Source: Chrysomallon squamiferum
Taxonomy: Eukaryota; Animalia; Mollusca
NCBI GenBank assembly: GCA_012295275.1
Contig: CM022665.1
Location: forward strand, 22,692,001-22,756,000
Length of the DNA stretch: 64,000 nt
Direction: 5' to 3'
Shown here: in pieces, positions 41,501 through 54,200 of the stretch
How positions within the stretch are numbered: position 1 is the stretch's first letter
Layout: each line of letters starts with the position of its first letter
Notes under the pieces: generated by a model
Told to the model about the DNA's origin: nothing
Seen by the model: only the letters and a program-made list of their open reading frames with translations
The model's database searches: none
Translations under genes and position numbers: made by a program

Positions 41501-44500
41501 TAACATCATCTCCACATTCCTTTAATTTTGTCAGTGCAGCTTTCAACCACTCAGAACTTGCGTTGAAGTTGGCAGTGAAATTTTCATGGTCATCAATGTT
41601 TTGTTCACACCTTTCTTCTTGTTCCTAGGAAGAAAAAAAACATTCAATATTTTTTTAATGAAATTTTTATAGATTGTGTTAATTGATTTTTTAAATACTT
41701 TCTTTTTAAATACTTTTTTAATACTAACTCTTTCAGTATTTGTGTAAGCTATAATAAAAATTTTAAAGGTTTGAAGAAATGAAACAAAACCCTTTATTAT
41801 TATTGTTGTTATTATTATTACTGATAATATATTCAAAATACTCCAATAAACAATAAAGTTTAAATTTTTTTAAGCATGTAAATTTATAATGATTTTAACT
41901 TGTACTTCTAATACAAAAATTCTCTGAAACAGATTATTTCTTGAATGAAAATACGGAAATAATATTATTATTTAACATCATATTGCTTTTTTAAAGAAGA
42001 TATTTTACCTTTAATGCAGAATCGAGAGTCTGGAATCTGTTTAGAAGCTGACCAGCATAAGAAGCTGTTCTATTGTCGCCAGTCATCTGTGCAATTTGCT
42101 GAGCATTGTCTAACAGAGCTTCAAATTCCCTTCTTTGAGCCTGACAACTTTCCTCCATTTCCTGAAATCAAGATTAATTCTTTTGTGTAAAATAAATAAA
42201 AATCATTTACCATTTTATTAACCCATTAGTGAAAGTTTTGTTTTTAATTTCTGATATTTCTTTGTTCCTTTATGTTGTGGTAGGCTTTCTTTTAAAAATA
42301 TTCAGTTTAAAATCTGATTCTTAGAATTATGATATGTAGGAAAGTTTCCTATATGTTAAACAGAAATCCATCTTCTTAAATAAATTTCAAATGAGATAGG
42401 CACTTTCTAATTAAAATTAATAATAAATAAATAAATAAAATTAAATAAAAACCAATTTCAAGCAAAATAAAATGAATATTTGTTCTTTTTCTTAAAGTGT
42501 ATTATCAAAGCAGAACAAAGTCTTTATTACCTCCCATTAACTTTAGAGCACAAATTCAACACAGAAATAAATAACACATGCATCAATATAAAGTTATTTT
42601 TCTTCAAGACACTATAATAAATATAAACTTTAAAACAAAATTTTATACTAGTCTTTCAAATTGAAACGAAAAGGTTTTAAAAATACTGCTAACTTTCAAA
42701 TTTTGGAGCTGTTCCATTTTTGATGCAAGATCTGGTTTAAGTGATGATTCCTTTCTCATTCTGGCTTCTGTTTCTTTCAGCCACTGAGACAGGTTTTCAT
42801 ACTGGCCATCATAGTCATGCCATTGTTCAATAGAATTCTCCAAATTTGACCTATAAAAAAAATATTAGATCCAGAAGAAATGGAAATATTTATTATTCAA
42901 ATGTTTTCAGGATTTTACTGAAGTTTTTCGTTTACAAAATGGAGAGTTATACAACATAAAACTTATTCAATAATTAGTTTGAATGGCTTAAATGTTTGAC
43001 CAAAGATCCATTATTATATCACTAAATACCTCTCATTTCTATTTAAGTTTTAAAACCTTTCACCTATAATGTTCTTTAAATTATTCAAAAGAAGCTCCTT
43101 CTTGAATGCAGTGCAGAATATTATGAAGTAAAACACTTGATACTAGAAATCTTAAAATAATTTTAACATTAATCTCATATGTTAAGTAAATAAAAACAAG
43201 CCAAACAGTAATATACTATCAACAAATTCTGAATTTTACTTTATTTAAAAAAATTCAAATATCAGTAATTTTTTCAGATACTTAAAGACTGATGTTTTAA
43301 AGACTACATACTGAGTTTCTTCCATCATTCCAACAAGTGACTGCCATTCTTTCTCCATAGTCTTTTTCTGAGCCTCTAGTTCTGCTTGTTTTGATTTGGG
43401 TAACACTGACTTGATAGCTTCAAGTCTAGCAGCAGCAAGAGCCTTTTTCTGTTCTCCTTCTTCAAGACTACTGGTCAAGTCCTTAAAACATTTGTAATAA
43501 GTATTTGAGTTACAAATTAAGATACAACGTTGGTTTACAAAGCATAATCAAATCATTGGTCTTAGTTTGATTTTGCTTAAGGAATACTAATAATGCATAT
43601 TTTCTTTTTGCCTTTTTGGTTAGGCTGGTCTTTTACCAAAATAACAAAATATATTTAATAAAAATATTTTTTCTTTCGATATAAAATAAAATTGTTCAGA
43701 TTATACCATCAAATTCTCAAACTGTCAGTGATAATAATTTTATTATCTTTTATTTTTTATTTTTTAAAGCTAAAATATATTTACCTTGATTGTAGATAAT
43801 TTAGCCTCCACACTGTATCGGTCACCAGCCATGTCACCACACCACAGTATTTTTTCTTTAGCCTGGTTCAGCCACCTGGCCTGCTGCTGTTGGGCTTCCT
43901 GACAGTGCTGTTCTAGTGTGCCAATGAGAGAGTCCTCAATTCTGTCAGCACGTCCAGTCAAAGCTTCAAACTTCTTCATCATCACATTGGCATCTTTGGC
44001 AAGGTTGGACGTTTCTGCTGATGGATACTTTGCATGCAGACTCTGTGTCTTGGACTGAATAGCAGCAATTTTGTCTTTGTGTTTAGCTAGCTCTTCTTGC
44101 AGTTCCTGAAATATGAATCACAAAATTAAATATTAACAGAGTAAAAACAACATATATAAACCATGAAGATCAATACTTTCTTCTTTTTTTTTCTTTTTTT
44201 TTAAAGAAGAAAAAAAGAGTAAGATAATAAAATGTATGCTTATGTAATGATCTATGTTTAGTTTTGACAAACCTTTTAAAAAAATAAAAAATAAATATTA
44301 AAAAATATATTTAAAAACCCCTGAACAAAAAACAATTGCAAATGTTAATTAATGTCATTTCTTTCTGTTCTATTATACTGCTGAAAAAAGTCCCAAGTAT
44401 TTATAGAATTCATGCTCAAAAATATATCCAGAATATATAATTATGTCCATATCTAAGCCAAAATATGTAAAATGTTAAAAAACAACAACTGAGAAATATT

Positions 44501-47500
44501 GTTTTACCTTAGCAGCCTTGAATCTTTCCACAAGATCCTCATCATTACCAGAAAGATCATCACATTTAGCAAGCAGTTCCTTGATGTGATTCATCCAGTC
44601 AGATTCCTCAGAGATAGATGTCTGCAGATCCTGCTGTTCATTAGAGAATGTTGTCATTACAGTGTCCAGTTCATTGGCTAATGCAGATGCTTTGTCAAAT
44701 TCTTCCTGTAACCTCTTTTGTGTTTTCAGCAAATCAGGCATCACCTGTCCACTGTTCATTTCCTGCAAGTCCTTTACTTTCTGGTTCACTTCCTTAAGGA
44801 CTTCAGCAAAATATGGTGCTTCTTCCTGTTATTGGGGGTAAAAAAGAAAAATATACATGGTAAAGAGAGACTTTGAAACATTATAAATATTTACTAATAA
44901 ATATTTTTTAAAGATACCACAAGACCTTGATGACATTAAGATAAAAAGGTAGATCAACTTTTAAAACATCTACTTACAAAATATTATTAGAAAAAAATAA
45001 ATAAAATTAATCATTTATATCAAATATGATAATAATAACTAATAATTAATGAAGAAAAATACACAAATTAAATCAGTGACATGGTGCCAGTATCTAATAT
45101 AAAAATTTAAAAATAAGGTTCTGAAATAAAGACTGTTAACAAAACAATATTTTAGAATGAAACAGATATTTACTTCATTTAAAATTTTCAAGTGAACAAA
45201 ATATCCTCACCTTAAATTTGATAAGTCTGGCCTCTACACTGACAGCATCATTGAAATTAGTTAAACTGTCATCAAGCTTGGACACCATGTTGTTTAGCCA
45301 AGATGCAACTTCTTCTGTTCCAGATTGCACCTGATCCCAACAAACAAGTTGGGCTTCCATATTTTCTTTATGCTCATCAATTGTCTGAAATGTACAATAA
45401 TTAAAACAAATTTAAAACAAATCAGTAAATCCCTCCATATTTTTAGTTTTAAAATATTTTCCTCAACTAGTCTTTTTATTATTTAAATTAAAATAAGGAT
45501 CTGTTTCATCTTGTTTTGAGTATTTTAAAAAATAAAATTGAAATAAAATTCTTAATAAAATATCAAAAAGTTACTGTTAGATTAAAATATCTACAATTAA
45601 AATATTTAAAATTGTATTTTTGATGTCTAATGTTATTTTGCAGTCACACTGTTTCATTCCTCAGACAAACAAGTCATTTAATTATTTTGCTTCTGTCATG
45701 GCCAAATTAAAAAGAAAGTGATAATATTTTTCAGATTATTATAAATTTTAGAATTTTAGCAAAATCTATTTAATTTAACACAACTTCACTGCACTTACGG
45801 AATTAGTCTTTTCCCATTTTAAGTTTATGTCATCCAAGTCATTTTCAAGATTCTCTATCTGGAAGTTGGGAACCTTTTTAAGTTCATTTATGAGCTGCAT
45901 TCCTTTGTTGTTCATGTGATCAAGTTGTGTTTGGTTGGCATGAAGCTCAAATTCTGCATTCTTTAAAAAATTAAAATATAACATGAAATAAACAAATTAG
46001 GGATGATAAAAGTATTAAAATCCAAATTGTTGTTTTATTTTTATTTTTTAAAACAAATCTGTAATTGTAGTGGTTTAACTACTCTTTGAATTTAAAAAAA
46101 ACAATGACTATTTACTTCATTTTTATTTAGTGAAAATCCTTATTTTTTCTTGCTTCTTAAACTTATGGAGAAAAAAAAAGTATTTAAAAGATTTTGCAGT
46201 TCTTTATTTTTTCAAGGATTTCAGGAGGTGGAAAAAGGAAGGATTAATTCATTATATAATAATTGTAGATAACAAGACCTGGTCACTCTTTGCAGTGATA
46301 CACATTGACTATTCATCAGCCCATTATTGATTTAAACCATGATAAAGTATCAATTTCAACAGTAAGAAAAAAGAATAAGATAAAATAAGTTAACAAAAAT
46401 AAAAATGTCTTACTTTATGTTGATCCAAGCTCTTCTTAAGAGATTTCTGATCAGTGAATGCAATGTCTTGATTAACTAATGGCTCAACATCAGCTAAGAC
46501 ATGAGACACACCTTGTTTGGAATCATTGTATTGCTGCCACAAGTTGGCCACACTGCTGTAGCACTGATGTTTTTCACCCAGCAATGCTTGAACACTTTCC
46601 CAGGCTTTGTTGACATCACTCAGTTGAGCCTGGATTGCTTGTGCTTTTGATGGGTCATTCTGCATTATCTGACGTCCCAACTCACGAAGTTGCTCATATT
46701 CAGGGTTATAAGTAGACATATCAGCTTGAATATCCTAGTGATACAGTAATAGAAATCAAAAAAAAAATAATATGAATAAATAAATAAATAAAATAAAAAT
46801 AAAAAAGGGAAATCAATTCAAAAGTATGTTAGTCAACAAAATATATTTATATTGTAAAACAGTGACTGTTCTCTTAATTCAGTACTTCAAAGACAGCTTT
46901 TCTTTAAAAAAAAAAAAAAAAAAAAAAAAGAATTGCTATATATAATTCCAATATTTCTCACTAATTGCACCTTTAAAAGCTAAACATAATAAGTCTGCAA
47001 ATCCAAATCTAAAGTAAATCATAACGATAAAATTTGATAGACTGCCTTGAAATACTGAATTAGTGTATTTTTAACAAGAGGGGAAAAGCCACAAATATCC
47101 ATTCACAAAAACAGATGTATGTTTGTACAAAATGCAAATACCAAAACAAGCTTTCATGCTACTCTTTTCACCATCATGCTCTAAAGATTTGAGAGAGAAA
47201 ACATTATGTGACATTTAACATTGTTTATCTATGTCCTAATGTTACCTCAAGTTCTCCAATAAGTTCTTTTAGTCCTTGTTCACTGGAAACTCCTACTGCA
47301 GAAGCAGCAATCTTGGCCTCCACTTCTTTGAGTTTATCAACTAGAGTTTTCTTTCTGTCTGAAAAGTCATCATTCATCTGAGCCAGTTCTTCGAGATGGT
47401 GTTCTTTCTGTTCGGCATTCTGAGACACTGTGTCACATAAATTTTCTATGCTCTGAAGTTCTGTGTTAAAATGCAGGGTTCTTTGAGTGGCTCTATCTTT

Positions 47501-50500
47501 AATGACCATCTGAGATGCTCCCATCAATTCATCTAGCAAATCTGCATTTTTGTTCCAGCCTTTCATGCTATTTCTCAAGTCTTCAATCTCTTGTTTTATC
47601 TTAGCTACTTCCTCTTCTTTCAGATCAGGATTCTGAAGCTTTGCCTGCAAATTCTTTAATCTAGTCTGTGCATCTTTGTGCTGCTCATGATATTTTGACC
47701 AGTGTTCACACAGGTTCTCACGATTTTGAACCAGATCTTCTAATCTAGTATAGCCCTCCATGACCTTGTCAAAACGATCACCTAATATGGCAGCTTCTTC
47801 TTCTGTACAATTCTGCATCATTTCTTTGAATTCCTGCTGCAGTGCTTGAAACATTGGGTCCTGTTGATTGGCCTCAGCTTTCATTGCCTAAAAGCATGCA
47901 ATTTACTAAAACATTCATCCCAGAATTAAACATGCACCAAAATAATACCAGCAGCCAGAATTATAAGCTTTTGCATAGCCCACAAATTGAACATGCAGCA
48001 ATATTCACAATTATACTAGGTATCTAAATGGAGTGATTTGTAATACTGATGGAGATTATTATGACAAAATATTTCAAAGTTTATAACCATCAGTTTAATA
48101 ATACATTTGTTTTTTTATTTAATGCAGCTAAGGTTCAAATTTTTTTTTTTTTTTTTTTTTAGTGATTCATTACTTTGGATTGTTTATATATGAGGTAATA
48201 TATAAGAACTAAAAAGTGGAATAAATACAGTATTAAAACAATGTTAACCAATTTTATATATCTGTATCTGAACCTGTAAGGCAGATAAAAAAAAGTTTAA
48301 GTGAAAGCCATTTTAGGTTTTTAACCACAAATCACTTCATAAATTTATACCACATTCCATCATACAAAATGTGTTTAAAGTGAAACAGGAATAAATCTAA
48401 TTAATAACCAACATGCAGCATAAAAAGCATGGATGTTGTAAACACCAAAAGTGTATTGATAGGGTAAGTAAAATGAAATGTATACAGTAGTAGAAGTAAT
48501 TATGAAAAAATTATAACTAAAATTAAGACTTAAAAAAATTCACAAAAAAACAAAGACTAAAGCATCAATGAAATGAACATTAATTTAATATTAAATTCAG
48601 TATAAATATCGTACATTTACATTAAATATTACAATAAAAGTAACAATTCAGAGTTCCGAAAATATGAAGCAAAATATTAAAGAATAGAAACATTATTTTT
48701 TCACAACTTTCTAAGTATTTTTATGATTTCTTTCAATTTTCATTTTATTTGTTTATTTATCAAATGATATGTTCTTTTTGCATGTACAAATCATACCTTT
48801 AGTTTTGCAAGGACCTCAGCTACTTCATCTGAATAAATTTCACTGCCTGTGTCTAATTTCCTCTGAGACTTTTTAAGCCATTTCTCAAAGTCTTGTAATC
48901 GTGAATAGAAATCTTTTCTATGTTGAACTGCCTGAGCCAGTACTTTCTGTTTCTCCTGCACACCAGCATTGACTCTGGCCCACATATCTTTAATTCTCTC
49001 TTGTTTGGCCTTCAGATCTTTCAGTCCATCAGGGCTGGTGTAAGGCTGCACCTGTTCAAATTGTCGTTGTACAGCATTTACTTGTGGCTGGTAAGTTCTA
49101 ACTTCTTCTTGCAAAGCCTGGTAAAGAAACAGATATTCTGGTTTAACAAAGGAAACAAAAACATTTTAAGTTTTAAAAAAGGTCTCTTTAAAGATTAAAT
49201 AAAATATCTAATTTTGTCAATTAAAATTATTATTGTTGCTGAATTCATTTTTTTTATTTTATTCATGCCCAACAAATACTTGTTCATTACCTCATGTCAA
49301 AATGAGTTAACTATTTCTGTTCAAAGTATGATATTCATTTCAGTTAAATGAGAGTCTTTATCAGCTATATAGCATCCAGTTAAATTTACTTATGCAGTTT
49401 TGTTAGTTTCATATACTTTGGCAAGAGCAAGTTCATGTTCCAGAACTTGAACATCTGTTGAACTGGTGTTTGGTTCTTGTTCTAATCTGTTCAGCAGCTT
49501 CTCAAGAGCTTCTGTCAGGTTAGCTTGTTCTTCATCATACACAACCCAGGCACCATGCATTTTATCAACCCGATGTGAACGTTCCTCCGAAGCATTCAGA
49601 ATGTTTCCCCACCTATGCTGGATTGATTCAAGTTCTTGTGGCATGTTGGGCAATTCCATTAGATAGCCAGCTTCAGTACTCATCTTGTCAAATATAGGCA
49701 AGTTTTCTTCTGCCTCTTGAAGAAATGTCTGCCACAAAAAAACAAAAGAAAATACACCTTATAAAACATATATGGTTTCACCTATACAACATCAAATGTC
49801 AGGATATTTTTTCAGTACCTTCAGGGAGATCTTGTAATACTGTTTTTGCTACAAATCTTTTACCAAATAGAAAATAATTTACACAAATAAATTATCTAAA
49901 TATCTTACCTGATGAACATCATACAAGTCTTTGGCTTCTTCCAAAGAAGAGCATTTTGGAAGTTCTGTTGCACAGTATTTCTCAGCCTTTACTATCCATG
50001 GCATCAGCTGTTCTTGCAGACTCTGGTATCGCTGCCAGTGAGCGACATTACCTGAAAGTGCAGTACTTTGATCCTTAGCACGAGCACACAAACTTTCCCA
50101 TTGTCGTCGAATACTTGTCAGTTTAGATTTAAGTGCAGCAGTTTCACGTGAACGGAAGTTCTGAGACAACCCTCGTGCATCCTTTTCCAGATTTTCCAGA
50201 GTGATATGATTTTCATAGACTTCAGAACAGATAGTCTGAAAAAATAGTAATAATAATAATAAAACTACTAGATCTAAAAATAAAAATATTTATGCATAAA
50301 CAAAACTAAAAATAATTAATAGAAAATTTAAAAAAAAACATATTACAGTTAATAAAACAATATCTTTTCTTAATATTGGTCAGATAATCATTTAAAATAT
50401 ATATTAAAAAAATGTTTTTCTAAAAATACCAAAAAAACAACAACAAAACAATAAAAGACTAACCAATTTATTGATTTCATATCACCATAAGATCAAAGAA

Positions 50501-53500
50501 AATTTTCAACATCCTTACCTCAGCCTTGCTTAGCTGCACTTCTGGTAGATCTTTTTTCTCCTCATAAACTTGATTGAGGTTTGATTCCTTTTGATTCAGC
50601 CAGTCACAGAAATTATTCAACCTCTTGTAGTAGTCTGACCATTTAGCTATTGTTGCCTCCAAATCTGCAAGTTTAGCATTCAACCGAACAGAGACATTTT
50701 GCAGTCGCTTGTCAATATCAGATACTTCACCTTTCAATGGGCCTTGCCTTTCGCGACTAGCACTTTCTGCTAAAACTGCATTCAGTTTCTGCACCTCAGA
50801 CAACTTGCCTTTCAGTTTGTTTAAAGTGTTGTGTAACTCCTGCAAATAAATATCACATATTTACTGACAAATGCCTGAGAAGGGCTTATGTTTAAATAAG
50901 AGTGAACCTACTATTTATATTTCAATAACATTTTTAGATATTATTTTGCAAGACTTTTCAATATATACATATATAATGCATTCCAAATAATAATTCAAAT
51001 TAATTTTGAGTAAAATGGAACATGATTAAAAAGCAAATTCACCGGAATAACTACTATAATTAATAAACTTTATTATCCTCCAGTCAATATGAATAACAGT
51101 TCTAAGGACATTAAATATATATGAATATATTTCAGTTAATTTAATATAAAATATAAAAAATTATTTTAAATGATATTTATTAGTGGCAGAAACCTTTTTT
51201 GCTTCTAACTCTTTCTTTGCTGAGTCTTGTCCATGTGTGGCAGGTGGTTTTTCTAATTCAGTCTCAGCTTTCTTCAGATATTGCACCAAGTGTTTCTTCT
51301 CCCCTTCATACTGTTCCCAGTTATGAAGAGTCTCCTATCAAAATTAATATTTATATTGATAAATAAATTTATTCTATTTTTTATTCCTGTATCAGGAAAA
51401 TTAACCATGTAAAATTAACCATGTACCAGCTTCTCCATTTCCACTTTTTAATTCAATATTTTATTAATTTTTTATTACATTCAAAAAAACACAAAAAACA
51501 ATGAATTTCAAAGTAAACAGTGTTTTTAACAGATAAAAAACCTTAATTAAATGAAATTAGTACAAAAAATAAAATAAGTAAATAAATAAATATTCAAGAA
51601 GCTTTTTAAAAAAATACAAATTCAAATCTTCAGTTATTTCAATTTTAATGTTTGAGAAAATCTGGCTGTTTTCTTTTTTTTTTTTTTTTTTTCAGTTTAA
51701 CATCTGAATTACCTGATCTCATTTACTGAAGCTTAAATATCATACCTTAAGTTTTGCATGTTTGGATCTTGCTAATTCATTTGTATCCTTCCACTTTCTG
51801 CTAAGATCATCAACAGATCTGCCAATAAAAGATGGTGCATCTTTTTCTTTTTGTAGTCGTTTTCCTGCCTCTATGTCAGCTTGAATACTGGCTGCTTCTG
51901 ACTCCAGCTTCATCATAATTGACTAAGAAAAACAAAAAGCAAAGCAGGGTTAGGAGTATGGAAATGTTGCCAAACTTCAAAACATGTTAGAACACTTGAC
52001 ACAATCATATCTAAGCATTTTAATAAATATCAATAGCATTCATTTTTTATTATCTAAATATACATCCTTAAATCTTTTTCATTAACTGTTTTTTATGTGG
52101 TTTTATATTATAGTGAAGGGACTATACTGTGACACAATACCTGTTAAAAATAATTTATTCATTGATATCCTTATTCTGACCTATTTGAAATGAAATAATA
52201 CAGATAGAAGGTAACAGTTACATTGTAATTTTTTTTTTTTTTAATTTGCTCTTTACTTACTGCACTCTATATACTATTTAATTATGGCTTTTATAAAACT
52301 AGTAATTTTAATAACCATATATTGTAAATCTACAAACAGTAAATAAAATGTACATGATTTATCATGTTGATTTAAGATCTGTGATGGATGCAGTACAACA
52401 TGTAGCTGGTTAGTAAACAAATTCCACTGTTATGGAGCAACAACAAAAACTAATGTGCTTAAATCAACCATGTCAGTATCAAAGATATAATCAATAAACA
52501 ATATTTAATATCAATATGTGCAAACAAATAGTTATAATTTAGGGTAATTATAAAATTTTATTTTAGATTATGGTAATAACTTTAAAAAAAGAGATGTTAG
52601 TTTAAAATCATCTTCTAAAAATTTTCTTTTTATTATTTAAGTTTATTTTGGTTTCATTATTTCATTTATGTATGATGGATTATTCTTTTGAAGAAAATGT
52701 TTTATTTATTTATTTTATTTTATTTTTATTTTTTTTGTTTCTTTTATTCTTTGAAAAGTTATATAAATATTTTAAATTTATTAAATGGATATACTATAAA
52801 TTGTGAAAGCATGCAAGTGAGATTCCATGCTTATGTTTATTTAATTAAAATGTATGTATTTTGTTACAACTAAAACACAAATAATTTATCACTGCCTTCC
52901 AAATATCTTCCTTCTTTATTAAAAATAACTTTCAAGTTTTAATAAATGTAACCATCTTTTAACCCTACATTCATTAACTGAAATACTGTTGTGTTAATTA
53001 GTTTAATATCTTAACACAACAAATTCCTGTTTTTCAATAATGTGCCAAACATAATATATATCTGTCTCCCATGACATTTTTTTCAAACGTCTGGTGGCAA
53101 AAAGCAGGTTAATAACAAACCAGGAAATACCTCATCCACAAACTTGCAACAGGGTTTGATTTTCAACTTACCATTATTCCATGAGGTGACTGATATTATA
53201 AAAAAAACAAAAAGGGTCATGCTCTTAAACTAATCTGTTTATTGAAGTTTGGCATTCCAATTTTATGTCACAAAAACAAGATTTAAAAAAATAACAGTTA
53301 AAAAAAAGAAGAAAGAGAATAGCAGGCTGAATAAACTTTAATTAGTTAAATAATTTTAGCAGTTGTGGTTGAGCATTTCAATTTATATATAGCATATTCA
53401 TATTTTACAAAATAAAGAAATTTTAATTGCTCATTTTCCATATTTATCCTATTCTTTGTTCTGCTTTTCTAAAGGACATGAATACAACATTTAAATAAAC

Positions 53501-54169
53501 AGTTTTGTTTTCTAAACAAAATTCACAAAAACAACTTTATATAAAAATATTAACTCACTATATTATCAAGAAAAATATGTTCTAAAATGAAGAACTATAT
53601 GATGACTATATTAAACATTGTGGTCTTCTGTGATTTTAATGTTATATAATGTGGTCAAACACAAACACTGTCATGTGAGTGCATGCATAAACCAAAGATT
53701 ACAGTTTATGAACATCAAAACAGAAGGAAAAAAGGTCCCAAATATCTCACCTCATGTTCTTGTAAGTATGCTCTGGCATCATCCAAACTGTCAATAGCTG
53801 GATGTTCCATCACCAGTCTCTGTGTTTCCTCCAGCCAGTTGGATCGACGTTCCAAACCATCTCGGTACTCAAAGCTCTTGGAAATAACGGATGATTTGTC
53901 TGATGTGTCCTTCATTGTCACGTCCAGGTTTTTGAAACGAGACAACATGGCAGCCAGGCGTTCTCGCTCTTTTCTTGAGTCAGAATTTGGAGTATCACTC
54001 AAAAGTTCATTCAAATTTTCGGAAAGCCATTTGGCATCTTCAGCATATTTGCTTTTGTTCCGCATGGCTTTCTGCAAATTATAGAAAAGAATTTAGTAGA
54101 TGTCGCTTTAGAGTAACAACATATAAATTTTATTTGTTTTTTCACTTATAAAGATATTAAGATCTGCAC

Positions 54170-54200
<31 letters not shown>

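Noticed and set aside
51713-51745. Alternative donor 33 nt downstream of w18
   Set aside because: The extension begins GTA TGA (immediate stop) and has no other support.
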